Source of the DNA: Candidatus Nomurabacteria bacterium
GTDB taxonomy: Bacteria > Patescibacteriota > Minisyncoccia > Phycocordibacterales > SBAW01
DNA: 64,000 nucleotides
Assembly (NCBI GenBank): GCA_020854065.1
Contig: JADZGF010000005.1
Span: forward strand, 8,925-72,924
Reading direction: 5' to 3'
Shown here one piece after another: positions 1 through 9,401 of the stretch. The notes beneath the pieces are model-generated. The model did not search any database. It had not been told where the DNA came from and saw only the letters and a list, made by a program, of their open reading frames with translations. Within the stretch, counting starts at the first letter, position 1; each line of letters begins with the position of its first letter. The position numbers and the translations under genes are program-made.

Positions 1-75
1 CCGGTGCAGGTTGGTACTCGCACGGATTGGTCGCAGGCGGCGATGGGTGCAGGTGTTTTAGGTCTGACGGAATAG
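1..75 (+). CDS. 3' end of an RCC1-repeat protein (truncated by the window edge)
   Basis: Frame 1 reads PVQVGTRTDWSQAAMGAGVLGLTE-stop, the same PVQVGTxxxWSQ repeat motif as in 548..1654. Confidence 0.8.
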   Translation, partial: PVQVGTRTDWSQAAMGAGVLGLTE

Positions 76-84
76 CAACATTAC

Positions 85-501
85 ATGACAAAAATATCAT
101 CAGCGCGGATAGATATGGAGGGCGGTCGCGTAGACGACTCGGTACTTAAAAGTTTTGCTGAAACTTTGGTTGGTGGGGCAGCGGGGACTAACACCACCTC
201 GACCTACACCGTTGATATCCAAACAGGCAACACCTACCATCTTATTTTAAATGCAAACTGCACCTTTACGTTTAGTAACCCGACTCCAGCAGGCACCTCC
301 TGCTATATCACCATACTCTTGAAACAAGACGGCACTGGCGGGTGGACTGCAACCTGGCCCGCTACAGTGGTCTGGCCAGACGACACTGCTCCAACAGTGA
401 CCACCACTGCAAGTACATGGGTGCTGTATCATTTTTTTACCGTAAATGCGGGCAAGACGTGGTTTGGGGCGGCAACTAATCCTTCCTCTGTATATACATA
501 A
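85..501 (+). CDS. Thr-rich small beta-sheet protein resembling phage tail-fibre/virion-associated domains
   Basis: Motif run TFTFSNP...LKQDGTGGWTATWPATVVWP..TAPT...FFTVNAGKTWFG, recalled from phage structural proteins; no signal peptide. Confidence 0.6.
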   Translation: MTKISSARIDMEGGRVDDSVLKSFAETLVGGAAGTNTTSTYTVDIQTGNTYHLILNANCTFTFSNPTPAGTSCYITILLKQDGTGGWTATWPATVVWPDDTAPTVTTTASTWVLYHFFTVNAGKTWFGAATNPSSVYT

Positions 502-547
502 AAATATACATAAAAAGGCGAGGTGCGAATAGTTTATACTAATTACT

Positions 548-1654
548 ATGCTCCCGCATCGTGTGTTAACAGTTGCAACAATTCCGGAAGGAGGAAGTCT
601 TTGGGCAACCGGTGGATATGGTAATGGTGTTATCGGCAATAATACCAACAATAACTACTCCTCTCCAGTACAAGTGGGCACACTCGCTACTTGGTCGCAG
701 GTGTCGGCGGGGACTTTACACACCACCGCTGTTAAAACCGACGGTACGTTATGGGCGTGGGGAAATAACGGCGCAGGGCAGGTTGGCGACAACACTGTTA
801 TAACTCGCTCCTCACCAGTACAAGTAGGTACCCTCGCCGATTGGTCACAAGTCTCTGCTGGAGGTACTCATACTGCCGCGGTGAAGACCGATGGCACCTT
901 ATGGGCATGGGGTCAAGGCACGACTGGTGTTGTTGGCGACAATGATAACGTTAATCGTTCCTCTCCGGTTAAAGTGGGCACTCTTTCTACCTGGTCGCAG
1001 GTTTCCGCGGGAGGATCCCACACTGCAGCCGTTAGAACCAACGGCACTTTATGGGCGTGGGGGCAAGGAACCTTAGGTCGCATTGGCCAAAATAACACCA
1101 TCACTCGCTCATCGCCGGTGCAGATTGGTGCACTCACCACCTGGTCACAAGTGTCGGCAGGAGGAAGCCACACTGCCGCAGTTAAGACTGACGGTACTCT
1201 GTGGGTGTGGGGGTATGGCACGTTTGGTGCAGTAGGCGATAATACGAACACGATCCGCTCCTCTCCAGTGCAAGTAGGCACGCTCACCACATGGTTGCAG
1301 GTATCGGCGGGGAAATATCACACTGCCGCGGTGAAGACTGACGGCACCATTTGGGCATGGGGATATAACAGCGCAGGGCAGGTTGGCGACAACTCCACGA
1401 CCACTCGCTCATCGCCGGTGCAAGTAGGGACGCTCACTACTTGGTCACAAGTTTCTCTTCCTGTGGGGGCGAGTCACACTACCGCGATTAAGACCGACGG
1501 GACGCTTTGGGCATGGGGGCTTAATAGCTTTGGTTTTCTCGGTGACAATACTGCTGATAGCCGTTCCTCACCTGTACAAATTGGTTCACGTGTTTGGTCG
1601 AACGTTGCCGCGGGGGGTCTACATACGGTGGCTGTTGGAGGGTCAGTAGGTTAA
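548..1654 (+). CDS. RCC1/BLIP-II-like seven-bladed beta-propeller protein
   Basis: Seven ~50-aa repeats GTLWAWGxxxxGxxGDN....RSSPVQVGTLxxWSQVSAGxxHTAAVKTD. Confidence 0.92.
   Translation: MLPHRVLTVATIPEGGSLWATGGYGNGVIGNNTNNNYSSPVQVGTLATWSQVSAGTLHTTAVKTDGTLWAWGNNGAGQVGDNTVITRSSPVQVGTLADWSQVSAGGTHTAAVKTDGTLWAWGQGTTGVVGDNDNVNRSSPVKVGTLSTWSQVSAGGSHTAAVRTNGTLWAWGQGTLGRIGQNNTITRSSPVQIGALTTWSQVSAGGSHTAAVKTDGTLWVWGYGTFGAVGDNTNTIRSSPVQVGTLTTWLQVSAGKYHTAAVKTDGTIWAWGYNSAGQVGDNSTTTRSSPVQVGTLTTWSQVSLPVGASHTTAIKTDGTLWAWGLNSFGFLGDNTADSRSSPVQIGSRVWSNVAAGGLHTVAVGGSVG
593..1640 (+). repeat. Intragenic 150-bp-period tandem repeat (RCC1 blades)
   Basis: Identical 23-mer gcgcagggcaggttggcgacaac at 771 and 1371 (600 bp = 4 periods); cactcgctcatcgccggtgca at 1102 and 1402. 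Confidence 0.85.
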
Positions 1655-1699
1655 AGTCTTTTGTTGCGGGAGTTACTCCTTTTTATATACAATGCCTGC

Positions 1700-3613
1700 A
1701 TGCACAAAGACCCACTCGACCTACAGCTCGAGGCGAGCATCCGCGGCGACATAGATGAAGCATGGCGTTTATCACAGCTTCTTGAGCAAGAGCGGCCCAC
1801 GGACAACCGCGCTGCATTTAACCGCGGATGGCACTACCTGCGTCTTGGTGATTTACAAAAAGGTTTGGCGCTAACTGAACGAGGAAGACTGGAGGGCGTG
1901 TATGGTTCTCCTGCGCTGAAGACAACCAAACCGCGTTGGCAGGGGGAAGATGTACGCGGCAAAACAATATTACTCCGTCTTGAAGGCGGCTTTGGTGATG
2001 AAATTGTTTTTTCTCGTTTTGCAAAGACTTTTGCCGACAGGGGGGCTCGTGTGATACTTGCAGCTTCAGAATCTATTGTTCCGCTACTCTCTCGGGTGTC
2101 GGGTGTTGCGCAGGCGATGCCACATCGGTTTGTTACCGATGATATGTTTGACTACTGGGTGCCGGGCATGGCCGCACCTCTTGATCTTGGTTTTACATAC
2201 GACACATTGCCAGGTGAGCCGTATGTAGTGCCGCGTGCCGACGCAGTGGCGCACTGGGCGCAGATAATAAAAAGTGACAAGCTAAAAGTAGGTATCCGTT
2301 GGTCAGGTAATCCCAAGTTTGAACACGAGCAACATCGACGCTTTCCTTTTGATGAGTTTTTACAGGCGGTATCACTACCAGGTGTAGAGCTATACAGTCT
2401 CCAGCGCGACCACGATATACGCGACTTGCCGGAACATGTCATTGATCTTCAAGACAAGCTCGTAAGCTGGGAAGATACTGCCGCGGCAATTGCTAACCTC
2501 GATTTAGTTATTACTTCCTGCACCTCTATTGCGCATCTTGCAGCAGCAATGGGGAAGGAAACATGGATTATCATCCCTATACTTCCGTATTACTTATGGG
2601 CCCTGCCAGGTGAAGTGAGTCCATGGTATAAAACCGCGAGACTCTTTCGACAAGAGGTGTTTAAAAACTGGAATGCACCTCTGCAAGGTATACATCGAGC
2701 GCTTGCAGAAAGGGTAGGAGTAGAAGCGCGGGTGGACTATACTAAACCATCCCAAAATCCTATGCCCCCAGCCCCTACACCAACACTTTTTCATAAACCC
2801 CACAGCGCACCGGTGCACAAAAACACCATGCATTTTGTAGCAGGATTGCCGCGTTCAGGCTCGACCGCACTTATGTCAGTCATGGCGCAAAATCCGCGCA
2901 TATTCGCATCTCCTATCTCAGGGCTTGCAGGTATATTTGGCGGTGTACACGCTAATTGGGATAAAAGTGAGTTTCATCAAGAGTTGCCCAACATGGCTGC
3001 AAAGAAACGTACTCTCCGTGCGTTGCTTGAGAACTATCACGAGACTGACCGACCTGTCATTTTAGACAAAGACCGAATATGGGTAATGCATATTGCACTC
3101 CTTGAAGAGGTGCTGGGTCGGAGAGTAAAGATCATTGTGCCGGTGCGGCCCTTGGTTGAGGTCATTGCCTCGTTTGAAGTGCTGCGCCAAAAGAATCCTC
3201 TTGAGTTTACGGGTGCTGATGACTCATTGGGCCCCAGCTCGACACTCGAGAGTCGCGCAGCATATTTTACCGACACCAAGGGACCTATTGGGGTGGCGTA
3301 TAACGCGATGAAAGATGCGGTAACTGCTGGATACTTAGACCGCATGTTGTTTGTGGACTATGGTCGCCTTACCTCTGCCCCTAAAATGCAGCTAAAGCGC
3401 ATTTATGAGTTTTTAGAAGAGCCGTACTTTGAGCATGACTTTAATAAAATTGAGCAGGTTGCTAAAGGTAATAGTCGTGGCGCGCATAAGTTCGAAGGGC
3501 TCCACGATATACGTCCACAGTTTAAAAAAGAGAGCCGCTCGGCGCGCGAGGTGCTTGGCGATGTATATGCTAAATATGACCACCCTGAGCCATGGGCGCC
3601 TTGGATACTCTAA
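1700..3613 (+). CDS. TPR + GT-B (GT9-like) glycosyltransferase fused to a C-terminal sulfotransferase
   Basis: EGGFGDEI, VGIRWSGNP and TSIAHLAAAMG motifs; Pro-rich linker; 5'-PSB-type GLPRSGST and 3'-PB-like RPLVEVIAS; start moved to ATG 1700, which follows TACAAT. Confidence 0.85.
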   Translation: MHKDPLDLQLEASIRGDIDEAWRLSQLLEQERPTDNRAAFNRGWHYLRLGDLQKGLALTERGRLEGVYGSPALKTTKPRWQGEDVRGKTILLRLEGGFGDEIVFSRFAKTFADRGARVILAASESIVPLLSRVSGVAQAMPHRFVTDDMFDYWVPGMAAPLDLGFTYDTLPGEPYVVPRADAVAHWAQIIKSDKLKVGIRWSGNPKFEHEQHRRFPFDEFLQAVSLPGVELYSLQRDHDIRDLPEHVIDLQDKLVSWEDTAAAIANLDLVITSCTSIAHLAAAMGKETWIIIPILPYYLWALPGEVSPWYKTARLFRQEVFKNWNAPLQGIHRALAERVGVEARVDYTKPSQNPMPPAPTPTLFHKPHSAPVHKNTMHFVAGLPRSGSTALMSVMAQNPRIFASPISGLAGIFGGVHANWDKSEFHQELPNMAAKKRTLRALLENYHETDRPVILDKDRIWVMHIALLEEVLGRRVKIIVPVRPLVEVIASFEVLRQKNPLEFTGADDSLGPSSTLESRAAYFTDTKGPIGVAYNAMKDAVTAGYLDRMLFVDYGRLTSAPKMQLKRIYEFLEEPYFEHDFNKIEQVAKGNSRGAHKFEGLHDIRPQFKKESRSAREVLGDVYAKYDHPEPWAPWIL

Positions 3614-3616
3614 AGT

Positions 3617-4186
3617 ATGAAAGAAACTGCAAAATGCAAAGCAATGCGCGCGGCACGCGGCGACTTTGCAAAGTACCTGCACGGTGATGGGATAGACATT
3701 GGAGCGGGAGACGACACTCTGGCGGTTGAGAGTGGAACAGTGCGAGGATGGGATCAAAAGGACGGCGATGCGCAAGTGCTTGCAGGTGTCCCTACTAATG
3801 CATATGACTTTGTGTACTCGTCGCATTGTCTCGAGCATATGCGCAACGTAGAGGAGGCGCTTGGAAACTGGACCCGCGTGCTTAAACCAAAAGGGTATCT
3901 GTACGTAGTAGTACCGGATTATATTTTGTACGAAAAACTCACCTGGCCTTCTTTGTATAACACTGACCATAAACAGAGTTTTTCTTTTTTGGTAACACGC
4001 AATATGGTGAAGAGAAGCAACCACTACCATCTCGAGCAAGACCTTTTTCCTTTGTTGCAGCGCTTAGGGTATCGGATACTCTCTGCGGGGATAGAAGATA
4101 CCAATTTTAATTACAACGAAGGGCATGCCGACCAAACACTGGGGAGTGCCTTAGCGCAATTGTGTATCATTGCACAAAAGGTATGA
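3617..4186 (+). CDS. Class I SAM-dependent methyltransferase
   Basis: DIGAG motif I, YSSHCLEH, RVLKPKG. Confidence 0.9.
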   Translation: MKETAKCKAMRAARGDFAKYLHGDGIDIGAGDDTLAVESGTVRGWDQKDGDAQVLAGVPTNAYDFVYSSHCLEHMRNVEEALGNWTRVLKPKGYLYVVVPDYILYEKLTWPSLYNTDHKQSFSFLVTRNMVKRSNHYHLEQDLFPLLQRLGYRILSAGIEDTNFNYNEGHADQTLGSALAQLCIIAQKV

Positions 4187-4959
4187 AGCTCGACATTGTT
4201 GTACGTACACACTCAAGAGGGAATGTGCATAACGCTAAAGAATGGGGCGAGCGGTATGTTGGTGCACCTAAAAACGAGGTGATGTTTCGATGTGTTAACT
4301 CACTTGTCACTTCAATCAATCTCGCCGAAGCAGATATACGCGTATGGGTGCTTGATGACAGCTCAGATGAAGCGTCATTGCAGACGTTGCACACCATTAT
4401 AAACAAGTGCCGCTACCCTACAGAATTAATACAACTCCCACCTGAGCAGTGTGGGGTGCAGGGGAGTGCCCTAGCGCAGTTTGAAGCTGGGAAGACGTAC
4501 GGGCGCGAGGTGGTGTACTTTGTCGAGGACGACTATTTGCACACATCAAGTGCGATACAGGAAATGATTGATATGTATGAGTTGGGCAAGAAAAATACCA
4601 AAGGCAAAGAGGTGGCACTTTTCCCTTGTGATTATCCGGATCGATACCAACCAGGCGGCATTAAGTCTTCTTTCATAGTGTATGGAAGCAGACGTCATTG
4701 GCGGACCATACAAGAATCGACCAATACCTGCATGCTTAGTCATGCTCTTTTAGTTGCACACTGGCATCAATTTGAAACACTTGCTAGAAACTATCAACTC
4801 GATCCTGCTGTTACGGAAGAAAACACCGTTAATACTGTATGGCGAGAGCATGCTGTTTTGTTTTCCCCCATACCATCGCTTGCACTCCATGTGCAGTTTA
4901 AGCAGCATAAAGATCCGTATATCGACTGGAAGAGTTGGTGGGACGCTGCGAGGTATTAA
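4183..4959 (+). CDS. GT-A fold glycosyltransferase-like protein
   Basis: VLDDSS and YFVEDDYLH acidic motifs; ATGA overlap with the upstream gene. Confidence 0.75.
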   Translation: MKLDIVVRTHSRGNVHNAKEWGERYVGAPKNEVMFRCVNSLVTSINLAEADIRVWVLDDSSDEASLQTLHTIINKCRYPTELIQLPPEQCGVQGSALAQFEAGKTYGREVVYFVEDDYLHTSSAIQEMIDMYELGKKNTKGKEVALFPCDYPDRYQPGGIKSSFIVYGSRRHWRTIQESTNTCMLSHALLVAHWHQFETLARNYQLDPAVTEENTVNTVWREHAVLFSPIPSLALHVQFKQHKDPYIDWKSWWDAARY

Positions 4960-5555
4960 CCTTTCTTCCAAAGACTCAGTATCTGATTGTGGTTGCCAAG
5001 ATAGGGATAATATCCAACAAGGCTGAAGTGTTTGGTCATAAGATCAGAGACCTTGATACCATCGTCGTGCCATACGGCCATGCCATTTTTTGGTTCAGTG
5101 GGGACGTAACGTGCAGGCTCGTTAAGCAGCACCACTGTGCCGCCAGGTTTTAATACCGAGTTGATCTTTTTTATTTCTTCTTCAGGTTTCTCGGCATGTT
5201 GCAGCGCAAACGCCGCAAGTGCTATGTCGATGTTTTGTTCGTGATGGTTAAACTTTGGGTTAAAGCGGCCATCACTCACATATTTTTGTGCTTCATGAAG
5301 CATCCCCGCGCTTATATCAACCCCAATTACTTTGCAGCCCACGCGCTCGATAAGTCTCTTGGCCACACGACCCATGCCGCAGCCAAAGTCGAGCACTATC
5401 GATGATTGAATAAGAGGGACATTTTTTATCATAAACTCAACCAAATGGTCAGTTTCTTCTGCGAATTTGTGTGGTCGTGTTGGGTCGGGCACCAACACGA
5501 TATCTTTGGCATGCGCTAGGTTAAGAGGATCAAACGTTTCTTTGTGGTATTTCAT
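4956..5555 (-). CDS. Class I SAM-dependent methyltransferase
   Basis: VLDFGCGMGR, GVDIS, VLKPGG. Confidence 0.9.
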   Translation of the reverse strand: MKYHKETFDPLNLAHAKDIVLVPDPTRPHKFAEETDHLVEFMIKNVPLIQSSIVLDFGCGMGRVAKRLIERVGCKVIGVDISAGMLHEAQKYVSDGRFNPKFNHHEQNIDIALAAFALQHAEKPEEEIKKINSVLKPGGTVVLLNEPARYVPTEPKNGMAVWHDDGIKVSDLMTKHFSLVGYYPYLGNHNQILSLWKKG

Positions 5556-5929
5556 TGTGCGTAGTGCTTTTCGTCGCGGAGCGTCGAGCCTATGTGTTCG
5601 TCAATTTTTTGCTTAGTAGCGATTCGCTTTGCGTTGCTTTTGTGTACAAGTCCCGAATGTTTTGCAGCTTTCTCCCATTCCTTTTTGCGTAGGTATATGC
5701 GTACTTTGTCTTCAAGCTGCCATTGGCGCTTGTTGATGGTAAAGAGGGTGAGGTGTAATTTACGCAGTGCCTTGCTTTTAGGGAGGGTTTTGTAGATTTT
5801 TTTTAGCTCAGTTAAATGTTTTTTGGTATTAGCGATTTTTGCATGATCGGTAAAGTAGAGGAGTTTAATTTCGAGTATGGTTATGCGGTCGATGAGGTCG
5901 CCAGCCGATGAAGGTATTAGGATTTTCAT
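5552..5929 (-). CDS. DUF6165-like helical protein
   Basis: SAGDLIDRITILEIK...N..QWQLED.VR...N..R..K..I...GS...EK.Y pattern, typical of the family found next to TPR-glycosyltransferases. Confidence 0.75.
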   Translation of the reverse strand: MKILIPSSAGDLIDRITILEIKLLYFTDHAKIANTKKHLTELKKIYKTLPKSKALRKLHLTLFTINKRQWQLEDKVRIYLRKKEWEKAAKHSGLVHKSNAKRIATKQKIDEHIGSTLRDEKHYAQ

Positions 5930-5935
5930 ACGCAA

Positions 5936-7534
5936 CTACTGTACCTCTTGCGTGTATAGTGTTGCAACTTCTTTTGCCACCTCCTCAGGCTCTGGCAGAT
6001 ATACTGACCAATCAGCCACTGGGACATCGACGTGCATTGCCTCGCCATTGACTGGTTCGCCCAAAATGTCGTCGGCCAACAAGCGCTTGTAGAGCGCTTT
6101 TGTTTTGTATCCCGTTGACCCTTTGCGGTATGGAAAGACGAGGTCTGGGTGTTTGCAGGTAGCGAGCATAACTATCCAGTTATCAAACGCCCCTGCAAGC
6201 TGCACCGGTGAACTATCGTTCGTAAGTAATACCGGCGCAGCCTCCATGAGTGCAAAGAGCTCACCAAGCTCAAGAGTGTTGCGCAAGTCTGTACCGCTTG
6301 GTGGGCACACCACTGGCACAAGTCCTGTTTTGTCTCCATCAACAGACGAGTGGCCTTTGCCGATAAGGCATACGATAAGGCCCTCTTTGGCGAGAAGATC
6401 AACAGTCGATTGCCACCAAGGCAGTGGTAATGTTTTGCTTGCCCAACTTTTGCCGGCATGGACAAGTACTACCTTTGACATATCAATGCCCTGCATCCGC
6501 GCAGCAAGACGTTCACGGTCTGTAGCGTTAGGTACCAAACGGATTTCACGATCTTTAAGCGGAAGCATGCGCATGAGCATGGTCATGGCATGGAAGTCGA
6601 TCATGTGGGTAAGGAGAAACGACACCGAGCGAGAGAGTGCCGAGTCGGGGTTGGGGAGCGTCCAAAAGGTGCGGTATACAACTCCTTGAGGATTAAAGGA
6701 ATTGTGTACATGCACGGGTACACCTAAGTGTTCGTACATGCGTGGCCAAAAACAGGAGATACGAACATTGTCAGTTGGATACAGATGCTCGCGCAAGTAT
6801 CGGATAGCGGGCTCAGCAGAGGCGTGATCGCCCAACCCACCAAACACACTCACCATAATATTCTTCTTGTACTGGTGTTTACCTACATTGGCTGACCATG
6901 TTTCTAAATCATTGCGCATGACGGGCACAAGTACCTCGGGAGAAGGGTAATTACTGTAGTGGATGATATAAGAATCAAAGCGCTCTTCGCCTGTCGTGTC
7001 GAGTGCGGGGAGGCGGTTAAATACATAGGGCAGGGGCAGTATGGCGGTTTCTTTAGCGGCAAACACCGCGCTCATATATTGATTGATCGAAAAACCGAGC
7101 ATTGGGTCTTGTGGGTGCGCAAACAAGTCGCGGTTTTGTTTTGACACTACCAACACGCCGCTGTCATAGATGGTTGGTTTTGTAATTTCTGTACCAAGCA
7201 GCATGGTTGCCGATTGGGCAAGTTCTTTGGTTTTTTCATCAGCGTTTTGCAAAGGGTACGCTCCCACCTTTTCTTCGGCGACGATCTCAAACAGGTCGGG
7301 ACAATCTTCGCGCACGATACAATCGGGTGCTATGTATATGACACGGTCGTATTTCTCGAGTGCATCGTAGAGTTGCAATATGCCCCATGCAGGATGCACG
7401 CCTGATAGTTTTTCCTCCTTTATTTCATCAAAGTCGGCACCAATGCGGCTCGCGTACGCTTTAATCGAAGGCGCACTTACATCGGCAAGTGTTTTGTAGT
7501 CTCTCAGGGTTGAGGTAAGGACAAGTTTTTTCAT
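5936..7534 (-). CDS. Two-domain glycosyltransferase: GT8-like N-terminal domain + GT9 (heptosyltransferase-like) C-terminal domain
   Basis: N: YDRVIYIAPDC, DSGVLV, FN, IIHY; C: GGLGDH, HAGKSWASK, TNDSSPVQLAGA; start at ATG 7534 overlaps the upstream stop. Confidence 0.75.
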   Translation of the reverse strand: MKKLVLTSTLRDYKTLADVSAPSIKAYASRIGADFDEIKEEKLSGVHPAWGILQLYDALEKYDRVIYIAPDCIVREDCPDLFEIVAEEKVGAYPLQNADEKTKELAQSATMLLGTEITKPTIYDSGVLVVSKQNRDLFAHPQDPMLGFSINQYMSAVFAAKETAILPLPYVFNRLPALDTTGEERFDSYIIHYSNYPSPEVLVPVMRNDLETWSANVGKHQYKKNIMVSVFGGLGDHASAEPAIRYLREHLYPTDNVRISCFWPRMYEHLGVPVHVHNSFNPQGVVYRTFWTLPNPDSALSRSVSFLLTHMIDFHAMTMLMRMLPLKDREIRLVPNATDRERLAARMQGIDMSKVVLVHAGKSWASKTLPLPWWQSTVDLLAKEGLIVCLIGKGHSSVDGDKTGLVPVVCPPSGTDLRNTLELGELFALMEAAPVLLTNDSSPVQLAGAFDNWIVMLATCKHPDLVFPYRKGSTGYKTKALYKRLLADDILGEPVNGEAMHVDVPVADWSVYLPEPEEVAKEVATLYTQEVQ

Positions 7535-8760
7535 CGGTCGTTTCGTATATACGTGCAGGCGTGGTGCACAGCTCCTACCCAATCACCATACCTTGGCTGG
7601 CGCAGCGCAACCATGTTTGGGTACCATGGCGCACTGTCCAGTGGCAGCCAGTAGTGGTGTGGGGCGTGTGGCAAGAGTACGAGTGTTTTTTTACCCAAGT
7701 TGCCTGCCAAGTGTGCGGTCGAGGTGTCGTTAGTGACTATATAGTCCATAAGGCTCATTACCGAAGCTGTGCTCTCCCACGACGGGAGCCCCGCTTCGGT
7801 GTCATACACAGGAGCGTCTTTAGGGAGTGTGTTGTTGCCTGCGTCGCGCTGTAAGCTGTAGAGTTGCCCCACCTCGTTTAGTTTTAGTATTTCTTGTGCA
7901 GGAGGTGATTTGCGCTCGAGATAATCAAATGCCCAGTTTCCCTGCCAATGTATGCCAATCTTTACGCGGCCATTTGCTACTTCCGTAATTTTTGGTTCCC
8001 ATTTTTTAACCTCTTCCTTAAGTGGTGCAAAAGTAGGAAATTCCATACCAACCAAAGGATCCCTAATAGCAAAGAGCGGGATCATACTCATGGCGGGGAT
8101 GTAGTAGTCGTATTCGTCTGGGTTAATGGTTTTTATCGCCCGTACGTCTTTCATTCCGGACATGCGGGCGATAAGGGGAACAAGCCGTTGATGTGCGCCG
8201 ACTATGACCGTTGCGCCGTGTTTCTCGAGCCACGGGGCAAAGCGTGCGTAGGCCAGTTCATCGCCAAAGCCGCCTTCGAGTGCAAGTAATACTCTTTTGC
8301 CCTCAAGCAACATTCCTTTTATATACTTCTTCTCTATTGGTAGAGCGTGCGAGGCGTCTATGCGATAAATACCAATCTCTGGCTCGAGCTCGGTAAAGCC
8401 ATGAGCCGTGTCGCCATGTCTGAGCATGTGCCAGCCGGTAAGGTATGCGAGTCCAGGAGTCCCTCGAGGAACCTGGCGTGCGAGTCTTTCGCTTTCATCA
8501 AACTCGCCTATGTATCGAAGATAGTGCGCTAATTTTATTTGGTAATTAAAATTCCCTGGCTCTACAGCGAGCAGGGCTCTCATGATCGCCGCTGCTTCTG
8601 GTGCACGCATAAGATTAAAGAGGCACTCTGCTTCGACTGCTTGGAGCAGTTCATCAGTGCGGCCCAGCGCCTGCAGTTGTTTAACACACGCAAGTGCTTC
8701 ACTAAACTGTTTTTGCGCAAAGTACTCTTGGCCCCTGCGTATAAGCTCTTGTTCGTCCAT
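7531..8760 (-). CDS. TPR + GT9-like glycosyltransferase, paralogue of the N-terminal part of 1700..3613
   Basis: N-terminal TPR helices; EGGFGDEL, IGIHWQGN, YSLQRD, DTSTAHLAGNLG. Confidence 0.85.
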   Translation of the reverse strand: MDEQELIRRGQEYFAQKQFSEALACVKQLQALGRTDELLQAVEAECLFNLMRAPEAAAIMRALLAVEPGNFNYQIKLAHYLRYIGEFDESERLARQVPRGTPGLAYLTGWHMLRHGDTAHGFTELEPEIGIYRIDASHALPIEKKYIKGMLLEGKRVLLALEGGFGDELAYARFAPWLEKHGATVIVGAHQRLVPLIARMSGMKDVRAIKTINPDEYDYYIPAMSMIPLFAIRDPLVGMEFPTFAPLKEEVKKWEPKITEVANGRVKIGIHWQGNWAFDYLERKSPPAQEILKLNEVGQLYSLQRDAGNNTLPKDAPVYDTEAGLPSWESTASVMSLMDYIVTNDTSTAHLAGNLGKKTLVLLPHAPHHYWLPLDSAPWYPNMVALRQPRYGDWVGAVHHACTYIRNDR

Positions 8761-8762
8761 GG

Positions 8763-9401
8763 TTACAGTAAAGCCCCTGGGTTATGTCCCTGTGCCGCGA
8801 GCCACGCTGCTCCGCGCGCAGGCTTAACGACGCGAGGCTTCATAGTTATCTCTACACAAATATTGTTTTGATGTTGCTGCAAATGTTCCAGGTCGTTCAT
8901 GGTAAGGCGGCCCGCTTCTACCTCGGTAGCAATTTTTTGCGTGTAGCTGTAGTTGACGTCTTTTTGTTGCAGGTCGATGTCTACACCGGTGAAGAGTCCA
9001 AGCTTTGTCTCACGGATACCTTGCTCGGCCATCTGTATGTTGCGTGCCTGGTCAAACATAGCTATGCCAACTGGAGTAATTGGTCGCTTATGAGTTGGGT
9101 CATGGGCAAAGTTCTCATGATTCCAATGGGGGACGGTAATATCTATGACTGCACCATTTTTACAAATACGGTAGAGTTCCTTCCAGATATTTAAATAGGC
9201 CGCTGTAGTTTCGCCTAAGTGTTCAAGTGTGTGTTCAAGCTTCACCTCATCAACTGAACTATCTTCCCAAGGCCACGGTGTTTTCTCGAGGTCCCACACC
9301 ACATCAGGTTGGCACTCAGGGGCGGAGTCTACATTGATATAGCCCGGATACTTTTTAAATCCGCATCCGAGGTTGAGCAGTACGGTGGTTTGAGTACTCA
9401 T
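8763..9401 (-). CDS. Class I SAM-dependent methyltransferase (type 11-like)
   Basis: LNLGCG, INVD, LEHL, DPTHKR. Confidence 0.88.
   Translation of the reverse strand: MSTQTTVLLNLGCGFKKYPGYINVDSAPECQPDVVWDLEKTPWPWEDSSVDEVKLEHTLEHLGETTAAYLNIWKELYRICKNGAVIDITVPHWNHENFAHDPTHKRPITPVGIAMFDQARNIQMAEQGIRETKLGLFTGVDIDLQQKDVNYSYTQKIATEVEAGRLTMNDLEHLQQHQNNICVEITMKPRVVKPARGAAWLAAQGHNPGALL

Noticed and set aside
548-1654. RCC1 150-bp repeats as a CRISPR array or DGR template/variable repeats
   Set aside because: The repeats are in-frame coding units, differences are not adenine-specific, and no cas or reverse transcriptase gene is in the window.
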